Source of the DNA: Octopus vulgaris | Taxonomy: Eukaryota | Assembly (NCBI GenBank): GCA_951406725.2 | Contig: OX597817.1 | Coordinates: 83,762,001 to 83,826,000, forward strand | Reading direction: 5' to 3' | Length of the DNA: 64,000 bases | Part shown: positions 1-12,568 of the stretch, in pieces | How the letters are laid out: the number at the start of each line of letters is the position of its first letter | Numbering within the stretch: position 1 is the first letter of the stretch | Translations under genes and position numbers: made by a program | The notes under the pieces: generated by a model | The model's database searches: none | What the model was told of the DNA's origin: nothing | Seen by the model: only the letters and a program-made list of their open reading frames with translations

Positions 1-456
1 GCCCACACACACTGGTCTCCCCTCCTCACACCACAGATATTATCCAAGAGAAGGCAAAGGCTGATACAGCTTGGCACTAGTGATATTGCAACACATTTCT
101 ACAGCTGAGTTAACTGGAGCAGCTTGAAATAAAGTATCTTGCTCAAGAACACAACACGCAGCCTTGTCTGAGAATTGAACTCCTTACATCAAGATTGTAA
201 GCCCAATACTGTAACCACTGAGCTATTTGCCTATGATACTTGACCTCAGTTATATTCTTTACTACAAGATCAAGGTTTCCGTAAAAATATACATCAGGCA
301 ACTTGGTTGATAGCAGGGTGCAATACTAATTTAAATCATCAATTAACTGTTGGCTGATAAGCCAGCTAGTTGTAACTGTTAGTTTCTTTAAACAGCAAAT
401 TATTTGAGGACATGTCATTTTGGTATATTCCATTGTCTTTTTTATCTAATTTTTAG

Positions 457-532
457 ACCTGGCATTACCATAGAAATTTGCAAGTTATTTGCTCTAGTAC
501 CACAATTAGCTGTTCAAAATGAAGAATTTGAG
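457..532 (+). CDS. FOCAD: Focadhesin-like internal exon (R)PGITIEICKLFALVPQLAVQNEEFE
   Basis: ttttag acceptor and gtaaaa donor; 76 nt ending in phase 0, in frame with the next exon. Peptide resembles my recollection of vertebrate FOCAD RPLILKTLSELFSLVPSLTVNTTEYE. Confidence 0.85.
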
Positions 533-1298
533 GTAAAAATTGTTTCATTCATTACAGTATTTCATTTTCTTTTGCAATCTATTTTTCTCTCTAAATGCAT
601 ATCCTTGTATATTTGAATTCTGCTTGGGCAGTTGTCGTAACAGCTTGAGGCTTTCCAAACTATTTTCCCAAATATAAAACTGGACACATGATGTAGCTGT
701 GTAATTCGGAGTTATATCTTGGCTACCGAATAATTGTCACATATTACTTTTACAGATATATATATATATATATTCTACATTGATTCCAAATAAAAAATGT
801 CGAGTAACTCTAAAATTAATAATTCTATTTACCAGTGTAAAATGAATACTCATAATCAAGTATATTTTTATATTGGAAGCATGTCTTCACTGTTATCTAG
901 AAGAATCTCTAATCATTACTCAACATTTAGGGATAGGAACAAATGTAACATGGAATATCATGGATTATAATAAAACCTGAAAATGAAGTTCTTTTCCTTC
1001 CCTTGTCTATTACGTAAAAATATAAGTTAATGTAAAATGTTCTAAAATCTACACAGCCTTGGTTTTTTATCTCATTACAGAAAAAAAAAAATTTAATATA
1101 CACACGCTGATATATGACCAACGTTGGACCCCTTATTTGCATAATCACCGAACCTGGAACTCAACTATGGTCTATCCATAGCACTTATTCAGCATTACCT
1201 GACACCTTTGGGTCTCACTGACACCATTACCTCTCATAACCTCTCTCTCTCTATATATATATATATATTTATATATGCATATATATATATATTTATAT

Positions 1299-1329
<31 letters not shown>

Positions 1330-1412
1330 CACACACACACATATATATATTTATATATATATTTATATATATGTATATTTATCTACGTATGTATATATAT
1401 ATATTTATATAC

Positions 1413-1446
<34 letters not shown>

Positions 1447-1449
1447 CTG

Positions 1450-1715
1450 TCTTCATACATATGTAACACATGACCATACCAGTGCAGACACCTCTCTTGC
1501 ACACTACATTTGATGCTTCTTATGCCCAACTTTAGTCTCAGGTCACTTACACTCTATCGTGTATGCACACTGACATTACACATCCAGCGGATCATACTAG
1601 TTTCATTTCTTTCAAACATACGCATGTCCTCAGCATTCATGGCTCATATTTCACTGCCATGTAGCATGGCAGTTCACATACATGCATCATACAGTCTACC
1701 TTTTACCTTGAGCGG
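1450..1715 (-). mobile_element. RTE ORF fragment
   Basis: KVKGRLYDAC...RCLHWYGHV, between TA repeats. A similar fragment lies at 53195-53435. Confidence 0.8.
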
Positions 1716-1766
1716 TGTATACACATATGTGTCTATACACATATATGTATATACATATGTGTGTGA

Positions 1767-1810
<44 letters not shown>

Positions 1811-2015
1811 ACACATATGTGTGTATATACATATGTGTATATACACACATATATATATATATGCATATATGTAGATATAGACATATATATTTGTATATAT
1901 ATACATACATACATACATATATGTATATATATGTATATACACATATATGTATATACATATGTGTGTGTATATACACATATATACACACACACACACATGT
2001 GTGTGTATGTATGTG

Positions 2016-2048
<33 letters not shown>

Positions 2049-3745
2049 ATGTATATACACATGCTTATTTAGCTATACATATATATGTCTATATATTGAT
2101 GTATATGCTTATGGCCAAAGCAAACTAATCAACACACATGATATGTGCTCTGTGTGTTTGTGTCCACTTTGTATGTTTGCATTTTATGCATAACTTAGCA
2201 TTGTTCAATGCCTGAAACCATATACACTCTCACTTTGCATAACCCTAGAAGTGTTTTGATATAAAAAGAATCAAATAACAATTCATGTGTTGCAATCACA
2301 CTATTGAGTTGATTTCTAAGGCATTTGTAGATTTAATTTGGCAAGGTGTATTATATCGCCAAGTTTGTAGTCTTTTGTGAATTTTGATCTGAACATTCTC
2401 AGTAAATGTTAATTCTGAAGATGTATTCTTCAGCCTCGATTCAGATCTGTATGTGTGTGAATGTGTGTGTAGGTAGGTTGGTTGGTTGGTTGGTTGGTTT
2501 CTTTTCCCCTTATAACTCTGGAAAGTCCTCTTCAGATGGTTGAAAACCATAAAAACAATGATTTAAAGAAATCAAAAAGTTCGCTAGGTCATTTGAATCT
2601 TATTAGCATTTTGCTGCTTATGTGACTCAAACTGTTGTGCTAAACAGAGGCATCAGAAATGGAAAGAGAATACTGTTTGAATCAAAACAAAAGACTGTTG
2701 ACTGTAAAAGAGCAAAAGAGTGAAGAATAATGACAACTGAAGAGGAATGCTAAGGAGACAGCTTTCTACTTCCTATGACCTTCAAAAGAAATATAGCAGT
2801 GGTCCAAATATCACCATTAAGAAAATTAGCAAATGATGTTAAAATTTTGGAGTCAAGATGTGGTGTCATAAATCCAGACACTGCATGCAAGACAGAAAAT
2901 ACACCAAAAATATCCTCTAGGCTGTCTCTATAAAACTCAGGCCAACAGTGTTGAATACCACTTCATCAGAAGCCTAAGAAGATGGAGACATAAGCCCTCA
3001 AATATCAAGGATTATTGAAAATATTTTGGGTAGCAGTGGATCTCTTCTGTTTGCCATTCATTGCATCTAATCAGAATGCTTCTGCACATATTCTGAACCT
3101 CTCTTTATCAGTCTTTTTGCAACTTTCCAGTATGAAGCCCCCATACTTCCTATTCACCCTACTACCCTCTTTCTCATTCAACCCCACCAACCACACTCAT
3201 CACCTATGTGTGTATGTATAAAACTATATATATATATATATGATAGATCGTTAGCCACTACACACATTTTTTCCTCTCCTTGTTTCTCTCCTTGTTTTTC
3301 TCTGTGTCCCTTTCTGTAGAAGAGCATAGGCTCAAAATGTAAAAGACATTTTCTATTCCTGAGCGTTATACTAATACATCTGTTTGTTTTGTACACCTCT
3401 TGTCTTCGTCTTTTGTTTTTTTCATAAACTTTCCCTATCTATATATATATAAAGTGAAGTTATCTCTTGAACATCCTCTAATCATTGAAATTGTTTTTCT
3501 TTACTCCTGCATTATATCTACAATCCAGAATTACATTCATAACTCACAGTAGATATCAGTTTCATCAACTAAACTCAACTTCAGTTGCAAAGTCATTATA
3601 TATTGCAATAAAAATTGTTACCTAGTTACCTAGCAGTAACAATTTTCTCTCTAAATAAAATAAAATTTTCTTCAGAAGTAAACTAACTTTGTGTTTTGTT
3701 GTCTTCTCAAAATGTAATTCTATGTTTGTTCTTTCTGTATTTCAG

Positions 3746-3904
3746 AAATTCCAGGAAGCTGTTGTCAGTATGCTGTGGTTAATTTCTCAAAAGTTTGGTG
3801 ATTCCAGTTCCAAACAGAACAATCCTGAAGTCAGTGCTGCTGCTTTTCAGGCCTTAGCAGCCTTCAAAGTTGACAATTTTACCATAAGTCATTTTCCACA
3901 ACAA
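3746..3904 (+). CDS. FOCAD: Focadhesin-like exon KFQEAVVSMLW...AAAFQALAAFKVDNFTISHFPQQ
   Basis: Polypyrimidine tract plus ttcag acceptor, gtaaga donor; 159 nt, phase 0/0; lies in ORF 3689-3934. Confidence 0.88.
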
Positions 3905-4731
3905 GTAAGAAAATTGTATACAATATATTATTGACTCCACCCTTACCTAAGTAATGACTACTCTGTTACTCCCTCTCCTCAACTATGATCTTATTGCTAC
4001 CATAAATCTGTTCTTCTAATCTTACTTAACCTCCCTAATCTTACTTAACCTGCTGAGTGTCATCACCCACTCTCTCTTCTATTCTTCTTCAGTTATAGAG
4101 TCACTTTAGATCCCTTTGCCTTGCTGAAAACAAGGCAATCTTCACTAGTGATGTTGCCTCAAAAACAGCATCCAGTGGTCTCTGTAAAGTGGCTGATATT
4201 AGGAAGGGCATCCACCTACAGAAGCCTTACCAATGTAGTCTTTGGAGTACGATGCAGTCCTCTGACTCATCAAACCATCCAAGCCATCCCACCTATAACT
4301 TGTCAGCCACAGTCTAATATCATAATAACTATGCTTCCATTCATTGCATCATCACCACTATCATCATCATCATCATTATTACTACCACCACCTTCATCAT
4401 CATTATCATAATAATAATCATCATCATCATCATTTTATATCCACTGTCCATGTTGGCATAAGTTAGCAGGGTTTACTCATCTCGCTGTGACTAAGGTTTG
4501 GTTGAAGATTTTAATTCAAAACTTTTATGAAAACGAGATATTTGTACTCAGAGCTAGAGCTGGTTTCAGCCAGGTTGGTAATGAAAGGGTTAAACTCCAA
4601 CATGTTATTACATTGCAGTAAACCCAAGTGAAACCAACTTGCATGTGTTGACATAATTAGTAACAATGTTCTTTATGAGCAACACATTTAGAATAAAAAG
4701 CAGATGAACATACATTTGACATATAGTTTAT

Positions 4732-4869
4732 AGGCGCAGGAGTGGCTGTGGGGTAAGTAGCTTGCTTACCAACCACATGGTTCTGTGTTCAGTCCCACTG
4801 CATGGCATCAGGCCGACCAATGCCTCGTGAGTAGATTTGGTAGACGAAAACTGAAAGAAGCCCGTCGTA

Positions 4870-4915
<46 letters not shown>

Positions 4916-6586
4916 AAAGTCGTAATCAGTAGGAAGGTAGACAAATCACAAACACCTTCAGGTAGATGGCCCTGCTCGATCTGTAGAAAAGGTGTAGGTA
5001 GAAACTCTATAAGATGCACCAAGTGTAAGCTATGGACACATAAGAGATGCAGCAATGTCAAAGGAAGGCTAACTAGGAAGATGGTTTTTGTATGTGGCAG
5101 ATGCTCAGGAACAATAAACACTGAAAATGCTCTGAGACCAACTTCCGTCACTTTCCAGGGAGAAAAACTAGAAATAGTTGATAGTTTCCGTTACCTAGGT
5201 GACCAAGTCAGCAGCGGGGGCGGGTGTGCTGAAAGTGTAACTGCTAGAGTAAGAATAGCTTGGGCAAAGTTCAGAGAGCTCTTACCTCTGCTGGTGACAA
5301 AAGGCCTCTCGCACAGAGTGAAAGGCAGACTGTATGATGCGTGTGTACGAACAGCCATGCTACATGGCAGTGAAACATGGGCCGTGACTGCTGAGGATAT
5401 GCGTAAGCTCGCTAGAAATGAAGCTAGTATGCTCCGATGGATGTGTAATGCCGGTACTCACACTCGGCAGAGTGTAAGTACCTTGAGAGAAAAGCTGGAC
5501 CTAAGAAGCATCAGTTATGGTGTGCAAGAGAGACGTTTGCGCTGGTATGGTCATGTGGCGAGAATGGATGAAGATAGTTGTGTGAAAAAGTGCCACACCC
5601 TAGCGGTTGAGGGAACCTGTGGAAGAGGCAGACCCAGGAAAACCTGGGACGAGGTGGTGAAGCACGACCTTCGAACTTAGGTCTCACTGAGGAAATGACT
5701 AGAGACCGAGACCTCTGGAAGTGTGCTGTGCGCGAGAAGACCCGGCAGGACAAGTGAGTCCATAACCCGTGGCCTTCTACATGGGATGGAGCCAGCCTAC
5801 GTATGCATACCTTCCCTTCTTGGGACACAAAACTCTACTTGTGAAGACGTGTTGAGTCAAGTGAGGATCAGAATCGAAATCGATCAATGGAAATTGCGGA
5901 TGTGTTACCAGTGCCGGTGGCATGTCGAAACTCTACTTGTGAAGACCCGTTGAGGCAAGTGAGGATCAGAATCGAAATCGATCAATGGAAATCGATCAAT
6001 GGAAATTGCAGATGTGTTACCAGTGCCGGTGGCATGTAAGAGAACTTTCCGTTTCGCGACCGTTGCCAGCACCGCCCCGTTTCGTGTCCGTTGCCAACCT
6101 CACCTGGCCCTCGTGCCGGTGGCACATAAAAAGCACCATCCGTTCGTGGCCGTTTGCCAGCTCTGTCTGGCACCAGTGCGGGTGGCACGTAAAAAGCACC
6201 CACTACACTCACGGAGTGGTTGGCGTTAGGAAGGGCATCCAGCCGTAGAAACACTGCCAGATTTGACTGGGCCTGATGAAGCCTTCTGGCTTCACAGACC
6301 CCAATAGAACCGTCCAACCCATGCTAGCATGGAAAACGGACGCTAAACGATGATGATGATGATGATGATATATATGTATATATGTTTGTGTTTGTCCCCC
6401 TAGCATTGCTTGACAACCGATGCTGGTGTGTTTACGTCGCCGTCACTTTGCAGTTCGGCAAAAGAGACCGATAGAATAAGTACTGGGCTTACAAAGAATA
6501 AGTCCCAGGGTCGATTTGCTCGACTACAGGCGGTACTCCAGCATGGCCACAGTCAAATGACTGAAATAAGTAAAAGAGTAAAGAGT
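4732..6586 (+). mobile_element. tRNA-derived SINE (octopus OK/OR-like) split by the RTE insertion; head 4732-4867, tail 6371-6586
   Basis: Head ggcgcaggagtggctgtg...gttcagtcccactg and tail ...ccagcatggccacagtcaaatgactgaaa match uninterrupted copies at 16997-17370, 21664-22065, 22826-23265, 23685-24070(-) and 42997-43405(-). Confidence 0.85.
4913..6370 (+). mobile_element. 5'-truncated RTE LINE (C-terminus + 3'UTR with gtgccggtggcac subrepeats + (GAT)n tail)
   Basis: ORF 5081-5680 closely similar to the C-terminus of 49547-50839; inserted in the TA tract of a SINE. Confidence 0.92.
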
Positions 6587-7080
6587 TTATATGCAGTTCA
6601 TACTTTGTGTTCAGCAGCTGTTTCATTAAGTCAAGAGTAAAGACCTCCTTCGGTCATGAATGACTGTGGGATTGTACCTAGAAAGTTCCCTTCCTTGGTA
6701 CAAGTCCAGGCAAGAGCGTTTATGGAAGACCAGCTGTTGCCCATGCATACCAGCTTCCTCTCTCCATGCCACCAATGTTATCCAAGGGAAAGGCAAAGCA
6801 TGATACTGCTTGGCACCAGTGACGTCATAACCCATTTCCACAACTGGGTGAACTGGAGCAACATCAAATAAAGTGTCTTGCTCAAAAACACAACTGCCTG
6901 GTCTGGGAATCAAACTCACTACTTCATGATTGGAAGTCCAACGCTTTCACCACTGAGCCATAAGACAAGCCACATTAAATGTATACTTACTAATTGTGCT
7001 ACATAAATTAGATTAATATAGAAGCTGTGATTATCCAAATTATCAAGAATATTACAATAAGATAACTTAAAATCTTACAG

Positions 7081-7234
7081 GTGACAGATGATTTCCGCAT
7101 GCAAGCTGAAGCTGTTATCAAGTTGGAAATAGAAAAGAACCCTGATATGACCATTGAAAATGTTTTCCCTATAGTGCCTGGAGTATGTTACACACGCATT
7201 ATTCCAACACTAAAAATGCAGGTACAACTTGATG
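7081..7234 (+). CDS. FOCAD: Focadhesin-like exon VTDDFRMQ...IVPGVCYTRIIPTLKMQVQLD
   Basis: cttacag acceptor, gtatgt donor in phase 1, matching the phase-1 start of the 28183 exon. VPGxCY motif as in FOCAD. Confidence 0.88.
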
Positions 7235-7312
7235 GTATGTCAATTTTTATATATATATGTATATATTCTTTTATTCTTTTACACATTTCAATCATTTGAC
7301 TGAGGCCATGTT

Positions 7313-7541
7313 TTAACCCTTTCGATACCAACCCATCTAAAACTGCCCTTGGTCCTATGATACAAACATATCATTTTAAAGTAATTTAAATTAATATTTC
7401 CATTATATTAATTTTATGTTAATTCATGTTCCAAACCACAGCTGAATAATGTCAGAGTTAATTTAGTAATTTTTCTTTTTTGAAAATTAATTGAAAAAAA
7501 AAGAGTGTATTTGAATGAAAATATGGTAATAAAAGGGTTAA
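7313..7541. mobile_element. piggyBac-type MITE (TTAA-CCCTTT...AAAGGG-TTAA)
   Basis: TTAA on both sides with CCC/GGG termini. Related at 7627-7849, 45573-45800, 39958-40126, 34318-34525, 18326-18555; partial at 4480-4593. Confidence 0.75.
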
Positions 7542-8324
7542 AGGATTTTTAGTCGTAGAAATCAACCCCCGAGACTTATTCATTGTAAGCCTTGTACTTG
7601 TTCTGTCAGTTGTTTTATTTGATGCATTAACCTTTTTGCTGTCACATTTATTTTGAAATACACTGCCTTTGTTTTATTTAATTTTGAAAATATTGAAAAA
7701 TTTGTAAAATAATTTTGTCATTATTAAACTGTCCTTTGAAACACAAATTAACCTGCAATTTTGTGGGAAGGTTTTTAATTTTATCACTTTAAAATGAGGA
7801 ATTTGTCTTATAAGAATGGTTTCAGATACATTGATATCAAAAGGGTTAAGGATTTTGCCAACTCACGACTAGCAATGTAAGTACTAAAATGTATTTGCCT
7901 GGAATGTTATTGTCTTAAAGGTACTTATTCACCCAAATTTCTGATAAATATTGGCAGTTTTCCATATTTTAGAATCAACAAATGCTATCTTTCAACACAA
8001 ATATTTGCTGATTGGTTCTGTGTCAAGAGAGATTTTTTTTTTTCTGGGATATATACTGAAAAAAATTAAAACAGTTTCTCAGATAAAACAACATATCTTC
8101 ATAGATCAAAGTCAACATCTTTAAATATTTCAACACATTTATTGGTAATCAATATATACTGATTAATTTTGGAGACATCAATTGAAAATGTATCATAACA
8201 CTTGAAAAAAAATTATTGGGCAACAACCAGAGAATTAATTGTCAAAAACTATGTCAAAGAGTATTAGTCTGATGTCATTCCACTATTTTGAGACTAGTGA
8301 CTCTAGCTCAATTATACATATATG

Positions 8325-9130
8325 GAAAAATGCAAGCAAGAGAAATAGTATTCTTAACATTATAAATCTGGAAAAGTACTGGACAAATTATTACTCTTGG
8401 AAAAGTGCAGGACAACTTATTACATCTGGTAAAGCACAGAATAAGAATATTTTTGCTTAAAATATTGCAGCTAAGGATAAAATTTCAAATAAAATATTTA
8501 GATTTAGAAAATATTAGCTTTTAAAGAGCTAAAAGTTTTATTAAAAGTTATTACTTCTATTTGTTATTACTTGTACTTCTATTAAAAATAAAAATTAACT
8601 CAAAATATTTTTTGCACTTTAAAAAATTCATTTTTAAAAATTAATAATCAGACATTTGAAAATAGGTTATCAAAAATAATAGTAGTACATAATAAGTACA
8701 ATAAATAGAATAATACAAAAATTAGTTATATATTGCAGTAAAATCTACCTATAACAACAAATTCACAGTAAAATTTGCTTGAGTTATTGCCAAGTCTTCG
8801 AATTTTTAGTCTTGAGCTAATGCCTATTTTTTTACATAATGAATTTGCCTACCATATGTACCATTATTCTACTTTGCATAAAACTTTAGCTATATTGGTA
8901 CTTCTGACTCTCATATTTTAAAGTATTCTAGTGTTTCAATATTTTAACAAAATAATTTTAATATTCAAATTTTATCCTTAACTGCAATATTTTTAAGTAA
9001 AAAGTTTCTTGTTTTGTACTTTACTAGATGTAATAAGTTATCCTGAACTTTTCCAAGTGTTATAACTTGTCCTGTAATTTTACAGGTTTATAATTTTGAA
9101 AATATTTTTTCTTTTGCTTGCATTTTTTCA
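8325..9130. repeat. Foldback/MITE with ~170-bp imperfect inverted arms (8325-8495 / 8960-9130)
   Basis: ttggaaaagtgcaggacaacttattacatct...ttgcagctaaggataaaattt versus its reverse complement. Confidence 0.8.
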
Positions 9131-9254
9131 GGTAATCCACGATTTTTTCAGGCTATTCTATAATTAATAATGTGTCAATTAGCAATGTCGTTGATAATTT
9201 TTTTTCCTTAACCTCAATGATGCCAATGACATATAGAAAAGTCCCCTTATAGAA

Positions 9255-9600
9255 CATCATCATCATCATCATCGTTTAACGTCCGCTTTCCATGCTAGCA
9301 TGGGTTGGACAATTTTGACTGAGGGCTGGCGAACCAGATGGCTGCACCAGGCTCCAATCTTAATCTGGCAGAGTTTCTACAGCTGGATGCCCTTCCTAAT
9401 GCCAACCACTCTGAGAGTGTAGTGGGTGCTTTTTACATGCCACCAGCACAGGGACCTGTCAGGCAGCACTGGCAACGACCTCACTCGAATCTTTTTACAC
9501 GTGCCACCGGCACAGGTGCCAGTGAAGCTACGTTGGTAACAATCACGCTCGAATGGTGCCCTTTTACGTGCCACGGGTACAGAAGCTAGTTGGCTGCTCT
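9255..9600 (-). mobile_element. RTE 3'UTR/tail fragment
   Basis: ctggatgcccttcctaatgccaacc motif with (CAT)n. Others at 11330-11600, 14765-15300, 15650-15830, 16455-16605(+), 27785-28010(+) and 37075-37295(+). Confidence 0.8.
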
Positions 9601-10138
9601 CACCCTTCAGATTTGAGAAAGAAAGAAAAACTCATAACTTTTTGCTTTTAGAACTTCTTTGCATGAGATTGATACAATACAATTCCTTGAATTGAACTCT
9701 ATCATTTAAGCTTAATTAAAATATAGTTTGTTTTTAAAATAAGAAAGTTAATTATACTTTTTTGCTTTGCTTATATTTTCTCGTGATATTTTACCTCACA
9801 AGTTCTTTCATACAAATTTTTGTTGCCTGGGATCAAAACTATAAAATTCTTCATGCTTTCTTCTATCATCGAAGCTAAGATAAATATATTTTGCTTTTAA
9901 AAAAAAAAAGTTATATAGATCTAAACTTGTATTGGTGACGTTACTTACTCTCCTATAACATTGCCACAAATTTTGATGTAAACGTTTTTCTACTGGGTGA
10001 AATCTTAATTTGGTTAAGAACTGAATTAGTGACATGCTCTGAAAGATGCTGCATGTGAGGAAATTGTGGCCTTAAGAATATTACTCAACTACTACTGTAG
10101 TTGAATGATGTATATTAATATATATATATATGTATGTA

Positions 10139-10173
<35 letters not shown>

Positions 10174-10325
10174 ATGTATGTATGTATGTTGTTTTAGTTA
10201 GGGTAAATCTCAGCTGTTCCTTCTTGAAGTACATCTGCTTATTCTATTATTCCAGTCTAATTAATAATACATATTACAATTGAGAATTATGGAAATATTT
10301 GGAAATATTATCTTCAGAGTTATCA

Positions 10326-10527
10326 CATAACCAAACAGGAAATTGCAAATTGTTTGGTACTATTTACTCAACATTACACACATTTCATTTGCTAAATATT
10401 TTACATGATATATAGACATGTAAGGAATTTCTTCTCACAAATTCCTTGTAATTCCCGTTAGCAAATGAAACACATGTAATGGTGAAGAAATAATGCCAAA
10501 AAATGAACTGTTTCCTGTTTTGTTATA
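10326..10527. repeat. ~200-bp MITE-like inverted repeat (70-bp arms)
   Basis: aaacaggaaa...tttcatttgctaa / ttagcaaatgaaa...tttcctgttt. Confidence 0.7.
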
Positions 10528-10855
10528 TATAGATGAGAAATTCGCTTTTCAATCACTTGGTTTTAGTTTCAGTTCCATTGCATGGCTCTTTGGTTTGTCT
10601 TCTACTAGAGCTCCTGTTTGACTGAGGCTTCATGTGTGAATTCACACAAAAGAAACTGAAAGAAGCCTGTCACATGTGTGTGTATATATATGTATACTTT
10701 TCTCGCTGGATTGCGTGTTCGTTTCTCTTTTTGTCATCTGTGAGTATATTGATCTTCTATATAAATGAAGATATTTCCACCGTCTGGCTGTTTTTCTCTC
10801 TACAAAATGGAAATTTATATGTTGGAACAGTCATTGTAATGAGTAGTATTTATTT

Positions 10856-10961
10856 ATCACCCGATGAGATATATCTGCACCACCGAATGCTCTTGAACCA
10901 GCTGTTGAGTGTCTCACCCAAGAGGAATTGATGCTAGATGTGTTGAAACAATTGTTGTGAT
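10856..10961 (+). ncRNA. Hammerhead motif with extended stem II (C4 variant)
   Basis: aucac CCGAUGA [~75-nt stem II] GAA ACAAUUGU U gugau, within a TA-flanked segment of ~10690-11000. Confidence 0.65.
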
Positions 10962-11245
10962 TAATAATAAATTCCCGTTATTCCATCTTCTGTCTTTCAT
11001 TTATATATATATATATATTTCTTTCTTGCCCATATGGGGCTGAACATAGAGGGGACAAACAAGGCCAAGCAAAGAGATTAAGTCTATTACGTTGACTCCA
11101 GTACATAACTGGTACTTATTTAATCAACCCTGAAAGGATGAAAGGCAAAGTCGACCTCAGCGGAATTTGAACTCAGAACGTAACAGCTGATGAAATACTG
11201 CTAAGCATTTTGCCTGGTGTGCTAATGATTCAGCCAGCTCACCAC

Positions 11246-11321
<76 letters not shown>

Positions 11322-12289
11322 ATCACGTCATCATCATCATTAACATTATTATCATCATTTAATGTCTGTTTGCCATACTGGCATGGGTTGGACAGTTTGA
11401 TTAGTGCTAGCAAGCCAGAGCTGTACCTGTTTCCAGTCTGGTTTTGCTTGGTTTCTGTGGCTGGATGCCCTTCCTAACACCAACCGTGCTTTACATTTTA
11501 TGCTGGGTGCTTTTTAATGTGACACTGGCACAACTGTTTTTGACATGGCACCAGCACAAGTGCCTTTTACCTGACACCAACATGGGGCTCTTTCAGGACA
11601 ATTCTCTTCATCAGAAGGGAGCAGCCTTAACACTTCTTGTGTGGAGGACAGATCTTCTTGAGTACAGCAATGTGCCAGATATTTTGGTCCTTTGTCGTTT
11701 CCTCTGTAAGGTTCAGTATCCTGAGCTTGTCCTTCAGTGTGTGTGTGTGTGTATGCATGTGTGTTACTGTCTCCTTGTAGTAACATTAAAAGCTGTAAAT
11801 GATTGTTATTGTCATACATTCTTGTCCTTTGTTTCCAATCTTCTATGAAAGGTTGTCTGGCCATGGTCTGGGGAAATATTACATTGCTGGGAAACAGGTG
11901 AGGGTTGGTGACAGGTAAAGTTTCTGGCTATAGTAAATCTAGCTCAACAAATTCTAGGCAACCTTTCCTTGCATGGAAAAATGGGCATTAGAATGATGAT
12001 GATGATGATGTATGTATGTATGGAGGCAGGGTCGACACTTTTAAGAGAGCATGTATTCTGCATGAAGAACTTAAGTGTGCTGCTCAAGAGGGCACTGCTG
12101 GTGTTGTGAATGGGGAAGGCTTGGTTTGCAATTTTTGCAGTGGTGTATGCTTGTCAAAAGTAGGGCTCATTAGCCCCCAATGGAGCCGCAAATGCAAAAT
12201 ATAAGTTAGTATAAGTTAGTCCTAGAGCGCACAATGTTCTTGGAGGTCAGCAATGGTTTTCCCTGGTCATGAATGGACAGCCATCATCA

Positions 12290-12568
12290 TGTATGTATGA
12301 ATGTAGGTAAATAAGTAAGTATGTATGTATGTAGGTAGGTAGGTAGGTAGATTAAGTAAGTTGTTAGGTAGGTAGGGAGGGAGGGAGGTAGATTAAGTAG
12401 GTTGTTAGGTAGGTAGATGAAGTAGGTAAGTAGGTAGGTAGGGAGGGAAGTAGGTAGGTAGATTAAGTAGGTTGTTAGGTAGGTAGATAGATAGGTAGGT
12501 AGGCAGATAGGTAGGTAGATTAAGTAGGTTGTTAGGTAGGTAGGTAGGTAGGTAGCTATGTAGGTATG
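12290..12568. repeat. (TAGG)n-derived compound microsatellite
   Basis: aggtaggtag repeats with a higher-order attaagtaggttgtt unit. Confidence 0.9.

Noticed and set aside
1208-2193. Overlapping YI/TH/CV-rich ORFs (also at ~20000-21500 and 48468-48744)
   Set aside because: Translations of TA/TG/CA microsatellites, which lack stop codons.
7222-7227. Alternative donor cag|gtacaa
   Set aside because: Phase 0 is incompatible with the phase-1 start of the next exon.
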